Source of the DNA: Rhodosorus marinus CCMP1338
Taxonomy: Eukaryota > Plantae > Rhodophyta
Direction of reading: 5' to 3'
Assembly (NCBI GenBank): GCA_029953675.1
Contig: JAMWBK010000008.1
Coordinates: 744,001 to 808,000, forward strand
Length of the DNA: 64,000 nt
Part shown: piece after piece, positions 1 to 11,656 of the stretch
Layout: each line of letters starts with the position of its first letter
How positions within the stretch are numbered: the stretch's first letter is position 1
Program-made: the position numbers and the translations under genes
The notes under the pieces: generated by a model
Databases searched by the model: none
The model's input: the letters and a program-made list of their open reading frames with translations, nothing else
Told to the model about the DNA's origin: nothing

Positions 1-1431
1 TGTCGGCGGTGATCCAAAGTTCGAACAGGTACAGAGCAACGGACTGCAAAGCCTACTAGTCTGGTCCCCCACTTGTCACTGGCAGCCGGTAAAGCCTTGC
101 TTGGGGAGTTAATCCGCGCGTGACTGGATCTCGCTGACAGTCTGCTCATGCTTTTTTCCATAGTTTAAAGCCTTACGCGACGGGGGAGCGGAGATTGTTG
201 TCGGCACCCCCGGAAGGCTTTTGGACATGGTGAAGATGAAGGCATGCACTTTCAAGCGGTGTACATATCTGGTGCTTGACGAAGCGGACCGAATGTTTGA
301 TATGGGTTTCGAGCCTCAGGTTAGGTCGGTAATAGGACAGATTCGACCAGATCGGCAGACAGTGCTATTCTCCGCTACCTTTAAGCCAATGGTGGAGCGC
401 CTTGCAAGCTCCGCTCTGCAGAATCCAGTGAGTACTTCGTTCGTGTCTTCACGTGCAAAAGCGCATGAGTAGCTGCGCGGCTAATTATGGACCGGGGTTG
501 TACCTGTTTCATCGCTTAGGTCCGAATCGTCGTCGGATCGGTTGGTGCTGTGAACGAAAACGTTAAGCAGATTGTTGAGGTTTTCGGAAATGATGATCAA
601 AAGTTTCAATGGCTCAAACAGAGGATTCCGCAGCTGTCGAGTGAAGGTGGAGTTGTGTGAGTTGCAGCTCAGTCAGCGATTTCTGCCCGCTTGCTTTACA
701 TGCGGATTCGTAGAGCTTCACCCGCTAGTTTTTTCTTTAACCTCAAGTTTCTCAAGCTTTGTCAACTTTTTACGCTTCTTTTCGACCTCAGAATTTTTTC
801 GCTCACCAGAGGAGGCTGTGCTGAGCTGGCAAATAATTTGAGAGCGGCTGGGTTCCCCACTTGTTCAATTCATGGAGAAACAGATCAAGCTGATCGTGAA
901 GGTATGATGAGGATGTTCAAGAGACAAGAGGTCAAACTGCTTGTTGCAACGGATATAGCTGCAAGAGGACTGGACATTAAACATGTAAGTACAAGTCCCT
1001 CATTAGCAGTTCTGTCCTCTCGGCAATTGAGGGGACGTCCATTCATTGACGCCCTTGGTCCTTCACTTGATCTCTCCTCTGCGCAGGTGAAGAACGTTAT
1101 CAACTACGAACCGGCGAAGAATATCGATTGGCACACTCATAGGATTGGTCGAACCGGTCGTGCTGGACAGAAAGGGACTGCATACACGCTCCTTACGGCG
1201 AGAAACTCAAACTTCGCTGAGCTTTTGATGCGGAGTTTTCAAAAAAGCGATCAACCCGTGCCCCCAGCCCTTGCGGCTTTGGCCTCCAGAAAAAGCGGAG
1301 CTCCCCGCGGGGGTCGCGGTCGTGGTTTTACCTTCGACAAAAGGGGTCGAGGTCACAGGGGTGGCAGAGGTGGTCGGGATGGAAATGCCGGCTCCCGGAC
1401 GAACATAAGTTTCGTTAGAAGTTCCGAATAA
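1..1431 (+). CDS. DDX42: DEAD-box RNA helicase, DDX42/RH24-like (5'-truncated; exons 1-28, 164-427, 520-656, 792-984, 1087-1431)
   Basis: Spliced translation gives [42 protein letters not shown] and [12 protein letters not shown] plus an RGG-rich tail. ELANNL and AYTLLT..NSNFA are typical of DDX42. Four GT-AG introns keep the frame. Confidence 0.9.
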
Positions 1432-1635
1432 ATGTTTTATTTTTTCCCGCTTCGTTACGGATTCCTCCATGTCCTTCGGTAAGGGGCACTTCCCCAACAT
1501 GCGCTCTAGTAAGAAAAGCGCCTGTGAAACAGAAAGTACCCAATGGTGTTGCTAATAACCAAGTTCGGAAACGAAAGAGAAAAAAGAGAGTGGCAAACTA
1601 TGGTGAAGGTCACATATGCACGTCCCGGCCACCCT

Positions 1636-3771
1636 TCAGCCTTTCGGCTCTCTGCTCGCCTTCTTCAATCGGGACTTCAGATCATCATCTAATTGAATGT
1701 CCATTTCAATTGCGTTCCTCGCGAGTTCTCGCGCACCGTCAAATCGGTTCTTCTTTAAAAGTGCGATGATAAGAGCTGTGAAAGTAACCTCGTTTGGTTC
1801 TGTTTCATCCGTTCGAAGGTCATGAAACGCCATGATAGCTTCGTCCAGTTCATCAGCGCGAATCAGAGCATTGACAAGTGCGGTATATGTATGCGTGTTC
1901 CTTCGTATTCCTCTCGCTTCCATCTGAAAGAAAGCTTCCTTCGCTCCATCGCCGTCGCCCGCCCGACCTAGGGCGTGTATCAACACCGCATACGTATGTG
2001 CAGTTGGCTTCTTTATGCGTGAGAAACTGTTCCTGACCTTTCCTATGCTTCCCACCACCGAGTAAAGTTTCATCAAGGTCGTGTGCGAGACGTCCGAGGC
2101 CCTAATCCCTTTTCCTGAAAGCGAGGCGATAACTTTCTCCGCGCCTTTGACGTCTCCTCGGCGAGCCATCGCATCCAGAATTATATTGTACGTGCGGTCA
2201 GTCCGATCAATTCCCATTCGATCAAATATCTCAAGAATCTCGTCCACTTTTTCGACGTCTCCAGAACTCGCATAATGCTGAAGAAGTGGATTGAAAACCG
2301 CGGCGTCTAACTTGTCTCCTTTTCTGTCGCCAATGGCTGCCTTCAGTTCCCTTTCCGCACCATTAATATCCCCGGAGTGTACGTAGGAAGCAATCACCGT
2401 GGCTCGAGTGTACTTGCTGACTCGCGCACCGGCATCTTTCATTTCTTCAAGAATTTTTGAAAACTGTGCAGAATTATCTGACCTTGCAAACGCATGCAAG
2501 AGCGAGTCAAACGTTTGAGTGTCGGGTTTGATTTTTGCAGCTTTCATATCCGAAAACACTGCCATCGCTGCGTGGGGCAATCCGGCTTTTCCCAAAGCGT
2601 GTATAATTGCTGAATATGTCTTTGTTGATGGTATTAACCGAGATGTCTTCATTTCCCCAAGGACGGCCTCTACTCGTTTCACATCCCCCACAGAGGCAAA
2701 CGCACATAGAAGAGTGCGATACGCAGACTCAGAAAGCACTCTTTTTCCTTTCCTCGCGGTCTCCAAGACCTCCTCTAGTCTATCCAGTTCACCAGCTTTG
2801 GCATAAGCTCCAAGAAGAATACTGTAGGAAAAGGGATTCAGCCGAATGCCGTCATTTTCCATATCCTCCCTTGTCTTCTCGAGTTTCTCCCACTCTTTAC
2901 TTTCAGCGTACACATTCATCAAGGTATTGTACGTCACAACGTTCGGTCGTATTCCAGTCGACTTCATGTCAGTCAGAGCAGTCTCAGCAGCTCGTATATA
3001 GCCTTTCTTACCAAGAGCGTCGATGATGATACTGTAAGTGACGACATCCGGCGAAAGATCAAACCGCTTCATGAGCCGGAAGTAGTTTTGCATTTTCTTC
3101 ACCATCCCATGGTCGCGAAGGACGCTGAGCAGTATGTTGAAAGTGACATTGTTTGGGTAGATTTTGAGTTCTCGCAGTTCCTGGAACGCCTTTTCTGCAC
3201 CATCAATGTTCCCCGACTTCCCCCGCGCGTTGATGAGTGAGTTGAAAGCAGAGCGGTTGGGATCGAAACCGGATTTCTTGATGGCGGTGAACATGTTCTC
3301 CGCTTTTTCCCATCGCCCCTCCGCAACGTAATACTTCATGAGGATACTGAACGTTTGCACCGACGGCGGGACATGCCGTCGCAAGATTTCTTGATAAACT
3401 TGCTCAGCCGCACTGGATGAGAAGGCATCCCCAAACATCGTCAAAAGCTTATTATAAAATCGAGTTTCTTGTCTGTCACAATCCAAGTTAACCACCATGT
3501 CAAGAGCTCGAGCTTCATCCCCTGTCTTGACCGCCTCAATCAGGGACAACAGCCGGTTTGTAGACGACGAACCCCCGCCAACTCCCGACCCAAGGCCGGC
3601 CCCTGCAGAAAATTCAGCATGTTCCATAGCCTCCGAATGCACCATCAAGACAGTTCTCAACCTGCCCTGTTCGAGGCCGAAATCGCGACCTCGAGTACAC
3701 ACACGAGGCCGTTTTCCGACAACCCCACTTCGCCCGTGGAACAGGCCAACATATGCCATTTCCCCTGCCAT
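1636..3771 (-). CDS. P-class pentatricopeptide repeat protein (PPR1), single exon, probable plastid presequence
   Basis: Long tandem array of 35-aa motifs (e.g. DVVTYSIIIDALGKKGYIRAAETALTDMKSTGIRP, NVVTYNTLMNVYAESK). N-terminus MAGEMAYVG. No E/DYW tail. Confidence 0.93.
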   Translation of the reverse strand: MAGEMAYVGLFHGRSGVVGKRPRVCTRGRDFGLEQGRLRTVLMVHSEAMEHAEFSAGAGLGSGVGGGSSSTNRLLSLIEAVKTGDEARALDMVVNLDCDRQETRFYNKLLTMFGDAFSSSAAEQVYQEILRRHVPPSVQTFSILMKYYVAEGRWEKAENMFTAIKKSGFDPNRSAFNSLINARGKSGNIDGAEKAFQELRELKIYPNNVTFNILLSVLRDHGMVKKMQNYFRLMKRFDLSPDVVTYSIIIDALGKKGYIRAAETALTDMKSTGIRPNVVTYNTLMNVYAESKEWEKLEKTREDMENDGIRLNPFSYSILLGAYAKAGELDRLEEVLETARKGKRVLSESAYRTLLCAFASVGDVKRVEAVLGEMKTSRLIPSTKTYSAIIHALGKAGLPHAAMAVFSDMKAAKIKPDTQTFDSLLHAFARSDNSAQFSKILEEMKDAGARVSKYTRATVIASYVHSGDINGAERELKAAIGDRKGDKLDAAVFNPLLQHYASSGDVEKVDEILEIFDRMGIDRTDRTYNIILDAMARRGDVKGAEKVIASLSGKGIRASDVSHTTLMKLYSVVGSIGKVRNSFSRIKKPTAHTYAVLIHALGRAGDGDGAKEAFFQMEARGIRRNTHTYTALVNALIRADELDEAIMAFHDLRTDETEPNEVTFTALIIALLKKNRFDGARELARNAIEMDIQLDDDLKSRLKKASREPKG

Positions 3772-4385
3772 CACACGGTCAGTCCTCAGCTATCCCGGAA
3801 TCAAGCCATCATCCCTAGCGACCCCCTGAAAAAGTTCAGAGATGGAACCCCACCCAAACCACAGACTTTCCCCTCCAACACCAACCCTCCACACTCCACC
3901 TAAGACGTCCAAGCCAGCCCCCGTCGGTTAAGTACCGCCTCCCCGCTCGTAGGTTAATAGCAAATGTTCTTCAAACCTGCCGGCCAAATATCAAGTTCTC
4001 TCATAAACAGGCTTCAAAAACTATTCTCAAAAGAGGCGATTGCTCTGCATTCGGGCCAAGTTTCCGTTCTTTCGCATACCAATGTTTCTTTTTCCCGGAA
4101 ATATCCAATGTTCCTTGGCCCGAACTTGTATTGTTTCTACCTAAAACGTATGTGTGACCACGAAGAGGGGAAAATCCCCATTTTCATGCAAACAAGAAGA
4201 AGATCCATCTCTCATCATTTCGAGAAAAAAATTAGTGTAAAGGAAAAAATATCTACCAAGGAACGGCAATCTTGGGGACATTCGCGGTCGAGATCGGACT
4301 TACTGGCATATGGATGGCTTTCGTACTCCCGGAGATTTGCGATGGACTACAAATTTTTCTTTAAGGGTCTCAACAAAAATGGGGG

Positions 4386-4720
4386 TATAGTGACTGAATA
4401 GGTCTTAAGTTATTTGGTAACGAGACAAAAATATATTTTGATTGATATATGTATGACTCTTAAAACACTTCGTCCATCTACGACAGAAGACTGCTGGGAC
4501 ATGCGTTTTGGGCTAGTCCGGGTTTCTCCGGAACAAATTTGCTTTAAGTGTCTCCACAAAATTTCTGTGTATAATGACTGAATATACCATAAATTATTTG
4601 GTAACAAGATAAAAATATTTTTTGATTGATATCTATCCGACTCTTAAAATACTTCGTCCATCCCTGCAAGAAAGCTGGTGGGACATGGCTTTCTGGTAGA
4701 CTGGGGTTCTCTGGTATAGA
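4386..4720. repeat. Imperfect AT-rich direct tandem repeat, two copies, period about 184 bp
   Basis: tgactgaata...ttatttggtaacgagacaaaaatatattttgattgatat...cttcgtccatc...gggacatg (from about 4391) recurs as tgactgaata...ttatttggtaacaagataaaaatattttttgattgatat...cttcgtccatc...gggacatg (from about 4575). Confidence 0.8.
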
Positions 4721-7700
4721 GAATGTTGGGGCTTGTCGCCTTTTGACTTTCTTTCGGCTGCGGGAGAGGCGCGGTACGAGAGTCGGGCTTCAAGAGATTG
4801 TTTGACTTACATCAACCTGAAGCGATTGGAAGATGTCCATGTTGCGACATATGCGTCCACCGGGAAGATGAGCCTGAGGCGGGGTTGTCGATCGTGCGAA
4901 GTAGTCATTTTCCAGTGTCTGGTTGGTCGGCCGGAAGCGGACGTACTGATGAGACTCTTCCGTAGAGAAGACTATCTCGCGGGAAGTACAAGCTCCCTGC
5001 GCATATTCCTTCATTGCGTTTTTGCAGTCAAGCCCTCTTCAAGTTGGAAAGAGCATATCTCGCGGAACATTAGACAGCAGTTTTTAGCTGGTACAGGCAA
5101 GGGTTTGTCTGCTTTGTCATTTTTGAAGGTTGTATCCGAAACTTGAGGATACACCTGCAACTGGGTGGGAGCATTCCGCAGCGCCACAGCTGACAAACCT
5201 ACCGACTGCTCGTGAAGAGAATGAGCATCGCCACCGACTACTCGACCTGGTTGCTTTTCCACTTAAGCTGATACTTTAGCCTCTGGCAGCTCGCCTCAAT
5301 GCTACCCTTCTTAAATGACACAATATCGGTAAGTATGAGCTCGTGCAAGTGAGCGACTTACACGGCAACCAAGGGAAACCCGGTGTTTCCCATACATCGC
5401 GGTCCTGAGAAACCGGTCATTTCAGAAACTTTCTATGTGCTGAAGTGAGGGGAACGCGAATCCTACTCTCAAGGCCCTTGGCGGTCAGAGGCCAACAGAA
5501 AACACACCAAAAAATAAGAACAGAGAAAACACAACAGAACGCGAACAGAAAAACACACTACGCTGCTTCAATATGCGGTGCATCGGTTCCAGCCATTAAG
5601 CCGACTGAATACCAGTTCTCATCTGCGCAAAGGTGCGTAAGAGCCTGCTCAAAAAGTATGGAGCAATAGATAGTACGTTTCCGTTCGAGAGTCCACACGC
5701 AAACGGAAGATCAACGCAGGTGCGTCCCCGCCACATATCCTCGGATTCAGATGAATCTATATTTCACACAACCAAAGTTTGCTGAAAAATCAGTAGTGGC
5801 TTTCCACGAATTCACACAGCCAAGTGATATAGGCGAAACACAAGCACGCGCCCAAAAATATTCGTGAATCGAAGTGCGCATCTTTTTTTTTCAGCTTCCA
5901 ACGAGGTTTCCTCAGCTACCAGTTGCCGCACCAACATTAAAGACACTTTGAGACCTTTAGATCCAAATCTAGAATATCAAGCTTCATCAGCTCATCACGA
6001 TCCTGAATTCGCTTTCAACCGTCCTTTATATAGGTAGTATATCCGTCAGAAAACCCACCTACAATAATTAGTCCGGCTCAGCGCGCCCAATGTTCACCTT
6101 GAACCGTTCGCCTGAACGATATGACTCTGTCGCCGTTGCCTGATGGAGCTGTTTTGAGCCGTGCTATTGTAAAATCGTTCCTTGGACTGGATATATCCAT
6201 AAGCAAGAAGCGAGAATGGCCTGGCTTTCGATTCCGCTGAACGGTACACATTGTATAACGAGGACGGTCGCTTATGGGGCAGACTGTTGGAATGTAGGGG
6301 CACGGCAGACCACCGGATAGTGTGTTACGTTTCTGTACATAATTGTTTTTACATTTCAGCTGATTTGTTTTCTCCCAAGGAGCCATCCCCCTCCCTACAC
6401 TACATGTTGGGGCAAACCGGGAAGCCCATTTGTGATCTGTGTTAGTCCGCCGTTCAGAACGGGCCTACAGTTGGCCAGCCGCTTTCCTAGATTTCTGGAA
6501 GCAATTAGAATCGTGTATTTCGTGGAGCAAATTCCTAGATGGATTTCTTTCGGAAAACGTAAGATTTAAGCACGGGCAGGACACGCGGAGAGCTGCAATC
6601 GTCTGAGCGCTCCGTTTCTACCCCTCGTCCGGAGAGAAAGCCCGTCCGTCGTCACGTAGGAATTTGTTACGTAGTGTTAAGCGTTCCTCACGGGGGACCG
6701 TTCATCTGGTAAAATCCAATGTAGTCACTATCTCAGTCTTTTTTGAAAGAGCAGCTGTATTTTTTTCACCGTAAGAATTTCTAAACTAGAGTCAATCAAT
6801 CAGCTAGTCACTTTCATATCGCCCCATTTCGCCCCCTCCCGTTCTGCTCTAGAAAGCGTTAATTCAATGCCGGAATTCCAACACAGTCCGAACGCCTCGA
6901 GAATCACTATTGATCTCTGTAAGCGAAGAAACTGTGATTTCCGTCTTTCCCTGTTCCATACGCAGTATCGGTTGAAACCGGCGATATTTTCTTTGGCCAC
7001 ACCGATTCCCCCCCCCCCTCGCACCACCTGGCCGTGCGCTTGGAGGCGAGAACCCTATTTCAGGAGCAAAATTCAACCTTCAATTGAATTCTAGAACCTC
7101 CCGGAATATGCCAAGTATACAAGGACCTGTTCGGAATTTGATGAATCCGTCCATCAGGACCAAGATCAGTGAAATCTTTGTCCTTAGTTTTAGCAAAAAG
7201 GACTAGAAAATGAATTACGATACATCTATCGCCCCCTCTCCCCCGCCTCAGCCCAGCCGAATCCCTTGACTTTGTACACAGTATGACTAGCCTCCAGGGC
7301 TGTCGGCGGAAAAAGTGTACTTTTGACGGCTTAATGGCTGAGTTTCTCGACAGCCCAGTAAACAGCCTCCTTACAGCACGTCTGATCAATACAAGAGTTT
7401 TTGTAGAGAAATAGGCACATAGGGTGTTTTGAAGGTGAAATTAAGGAGAATTTTTTTTTGGGGGGGGAGGAGCCTTGAGCATGAATCGTTCTAGATGGAG
7501 ACAGTGAGGCGGTGAGAGACTTAGCATTTAGCCAATTCGTTCGAAGTTTGGAAATGGAGGAGGCGTTGCTTCCTACTCCTTAACGAATTTGTTTTCCAGA
7601 TTTTCTGAAGAAATATTTTTCTTTTTTTTTCTTTTCTTTGCGCCAGGGGGGACAAGGAAATCGATCAAAATCGACATCCTAAAGGTGGGGGCCAACGCCA

Positions 7701-8086
7701 AGGGTAGTGCTGGTTTCAAGTTTTTTTCTTCAATTTTTTAAATTGGGTATCTAGTTTTGGGCAATTAAGCAGCGCCAGTGTAATGAGTGGTTGGACAATG
7801 GAATGGGTACGTACGTAGAGGGTCAAAACATTATGATCGAAAATCTGGTTGTGCTGACGAATAACTCTCCAAAAGTAAATTTTAAACTTGGGAATTGAGT
7901 GTCCCACCAAGCTGTGGAAATTGCAACTCTGGTTGTTACAGTTGCGAATGGGGCTTGAGTTTAGAGATTATATAACAGAAACCAGTGGAGCTTGTGGATG
8001 AGTGGGGAGGAGAGACAGTCTTCTCGCAATGGATAGTTGACAGGAGAAGGATTGTGCTTGAAAGTTAGCTTGTCTGTTAATGCGGA

Positions 8087-8665
8087 ATGATGATGGAGCC
8101 CGTAGCGTGCTTTGAGGATGAGGAGTTCATGCCTATGAATGAGGAGGACTTGGTTGCAGCAGTTGGGGAGGCGCTGGATACGAACTGCAGCGATGAAGAC
8201 CTGGTGGTTGGAACAACGATTCCGCGATCCTTCTTCGGAACTAGGAGGCAGGGGTTCTCGTTGAAGTCCTATGTAAAGAGATTGTACCAGTACCTTGAGT
8301 GTTCCAAGTCTGTCTTCGTCACGGCTTTGATATATCTGGAGAGGATTCAGCTGGCGAACCCAAGCAACAAATTGACGGATTTCAACGTGCACAGAATGTT
8401 CTCCACTGCCATCTTGTTGGCACTGAAGTATCATGATGATGAACATTATGCAAATTCTTATTATGCGGAAGTTTTTGGAATGCGAGGATTGAATGAGATT
8501 AACCATCTCGAAGCAAGAATGCTCACCATGTTGGATTTCCGCCTCGGCGTGACTGAGAAGGAGTACACTTACTGCAAGAACCATTTGATGCAGACGCAGA
8601 TAAGATTACCGGCTCACTCTGTCGTTGAATTCAACACGACCAACATGGTTATCTCCGCTGCATAG
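8087..8665 (+). CDS. P/U-type (PHO80-like) cyclin
   Basis: SLKSYVKRLYQYLECSKSVFVTALIYLER, FNVHRMFSTAILLALKYHDDEHYANSYYAEVFG and EINHLEARML..LDFRL match the cyclin-P/U box. Confidence 0.92.
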   Translation: MMMEPVACFEDEEFMPMNEEDLVAAVGEALDTNCSDEDLVVGTTIPRSFFGTRRQGFSLKSYVKRLYQYLECSKSVFVTALIYLERIQLANPSNKLTDFNVHRMFSTAILLALKYHDDEHYANSYYAEVFGMRGLNEINHLEARMLTMLDFRLGVTEKEYTYCKNHLMQTQIRLPAHSVVEFNTTNMVISAA

Positions 8666-10379
8666 GTTTGTGAATATGCATGCATACCTTGTATATTGTG
8701 CATAGTGTTAAGTTATTACATATGATTATTAAACAAGAAGAGCTTGATGAAAACTCAGTCCTCACCATGACTTAAGCGAATGAGATGCTTGGGATTATCG
8801 AAATGTGCAGGTCGCACCCCTTCTGAGTTCCCAATCTTCCATGTTCTCCAGACAGTGATCCTGTTCTATACGATCGTGTTGGTGAGGTCACATCGGAACA
8901 CTCGGCAACAGAGCGTTGCGCAGTCCAGCTCGTATCGAGCGGAAACGGAAAGGTGAGGATCCAAGGAGTTTTCTGCGACTGAGAATTGGCTTCTGGTCGC
9001 ATCGCAGGCGTTCGCGGACCGCGGAAATTTTGAGAAGGAACGGAATCGTGACACTGAACATATGCAGCTTATTTCTAATACATCCTGCTGTTGTGGAAAT
9101 CGTGTGAGGGTTGCCATGAGAGGATCCTGTGAAAGAGCCGAAGAAACGTGGTCGTGAATACGCGGGAAAGGGGGCTTCGCGGATCTGCACAATATTGAAG
9201 ACGCTTGCTTTTCTTTGATGAACCTAGCACGAAAGATTTTCCGCCAAAACAAGACATCTCAAAATACGTGTACAGCTGATTGAGAATGGCAACCCATGCG
9301 AAGCTTTTGGGACAAAAGGCAGGGCCCCATCTCCCTGAGGGCTGACATGCACTCTACATATCTGCGACGTAAGAGCAGACGATCACCAAAACCCTCCAAA
9401 CCGTGTGCGCGATAAAGGGAGTCAACAGGACGGCTTATTCACACCTACGTATATAATGCTGCCGTTAGCAATCGAGAAAAATGTATGCACTTTGACAGGA
9501 AATTGTTCAATGGAAACCCACAACACGCAACAAATCAGGACATTTTAAAGAGCCTGCATAGCCTCCAAAAGCGTCCAAATCGATTCGGGGTTAGGTAGAT
9601 TCCCACTTCTTAATGTAAAAATTAAACAATTACAAGATAATCAGTATTCTTCCGTTGGGTCTACGGTATTGCTAATTTTCCGCAATTCATTATAGCGGGA
9701 TATCGTCCTCGACCCATCTTCCAACTACGACGTACTTTTTTCTTTAAAACTTCCTCTTCGTCAGATGAAAATACGATTTTTGATTGCGAAATGACTGTAC
9801 ATGGCCGGGTACACGAACATTACTCTTGATAAAGAAAAAGCAACAAAAACAAAAGGTCGAAGAAGAATCTGGTCCTCATCGATGTGCTTGCTGGGACGGG
9901 CCCTTCTTACTAGCTAATTTCATGGTTTCCATCAAACTCCTGCCGTAGCGAACAAATTTTCAAGCTTCTATGGAGTTCCAAGCGCCTGCCTATAAATCCA
10001 CCTCAAAATATTATCTTGTACTTAAAAATTTTAATACCTTGGATTCCAACCTGTTCCCCATGTTACAGATTGACTTTCCGGCCCGGATTGAGACTCAACA
10101 CTCTGAGGTCGATTTTTTTTTGGACTCTCTGATTGGTAAACTGGTCTAGGTCGGCAGTCCCCCCCCCCGGATAGCCAAGCCTTGTGGAGTTAATTGGGTA
10201 AGTATATATTTTCGTAGAAATTCATCAATAAAAACTGGAACAGCGAATCAGAGAAATGCTTCTCCAGCCCGTAGTCAACTGGAATACCTATTGGTTGCTC
10301 GGAAACGCGTTTGCTGTCCGTGCATGTGAAATTTCAAGGGCGAGGAGGGGCATGAAGTGGGGAGGTTTCCTTATTGATG

Positions 10380-10870
10380 CTACGCGTGTGCGTGTCCACT
10401 GATACGATGTAGGGGATGAAAGTTGTGAGGACAGCCCGTGAGACTCCTCTCGAGTAGCGGACGACATTCTGTGATTTTCGGCGTCTGCCCTGTCTCGTGG
10501 TTTTTGATGAGGATAGCGTATGATTTTCTGTATCTGGCGAGAATCAGGGGTTCTTGCTCAAAAGCTTCGGAACGCATTCGACGGCTGCCTCAGGCAATGG
10601 GTAAGAGTACGGAGAAGCGATCGGAACAAATCGGAAAACTTTGTTTTGGCTTCGATGGCTAATACGTGACATTCCCAACCCATCCAGTGAAAAACCCGTC
10701 GGTCGAGACATTTTCCTCTCAGGGTTGTGGTCTCTAAGTACACGGATGATGACTATGACACAATTTGAGTCTAGGTAGATAATAGAATAAAAACGAGACC
10801 TCTTGAAGTGTGGACCCCAATTCCCTCTCCCAAGCAAACGAAAAAACTTCCCGTCATTACATTTGCACCT
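10380..10870 (-). pseudogene. Putative decayed Ser/Thr kinase relic
   Basis: Kinase-like motifs in order across two frames: FFRLLGRGNWG (Gly loop), SQNKVFRFVPIAS (beta5/hinge), LPEAAVECVPKLLS (alphaE), AILIKNHETGQTPKITE (beta7-8), SLTGCPHNFHP (activation segment end). Catalytic residues are lost. Confidence 0.45.
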
Positions 10871-11656
10871 TCGGCCCACAAACCACAATTTAGGTTCATC
10901 GACCACTGTTTTGACTGCTCGCTGCTCTTTCAGAGGAGAACCCAATTCCAGCCAGACATAAGTCTGTCCATTCGTCCATTCAAGGCTTGAGGAGTGCAAA
11001 GTTTGCACGCCACGCAGACTGCCTCTTAAGTTTCCAGCCTGTCCCACAGGACGACTCTCTGCTCCCCGACTATTTTGTACCAACGTCCAAATTTCTTTAT
11101 TCAAACTAAAAAACCTCCCCTGTCAAGCAAACGGGTTTGGAAAACAAGGGTCCTGAATTGGCGCATCTCGCGATCTCCTCTTTACCCCCAAAAAGGACAT
11201 CTGTTCAAAATTAATGTTGGACATCTGTATTATTCTGCTATTTCTAAAATTCTGTTTTCTAACTTGGTCTAAATTTGTGAACCGTTGCCGCTGGAGATTT
11301 ATTTTCGATAGGGTCGATTGCAGTCGATGTTTGTAGCGTATATCTCATATAATATAGGTCTTGTAAATATTTTAAGAGTAATTATTTACTGTATAGATGG
11401 TTGATAACATTGTGAGCAAGGTGCTAAAAAAAATTCGGTTTGGTTATTGCTATTGGGGGCTTGGGGATGGAGCTCTGGGTGATCGGGCTGGGAATGTTTT
11501 TGGGCAGGAGCCGACTGAAGTACTCCGCAACTCGTGCTTTTGCCACGGTAGAAATGTGAGAGAAACTTGTGTTGATGTTGCAGATGTGCTAAAAGAAAAA
11601 TGGAGGTGGCTCTCGTTTGGCAGGGGAATTGGGTAGCATGGTTTGGTGAAAAGTAG

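Noticed and set aside
7961-8584. Long antisense ORFs (also 38760-39533, 41516-42283, 45030-45470)
   Set aside because: Shadows of real genes on the opposite strand, with no motifs.
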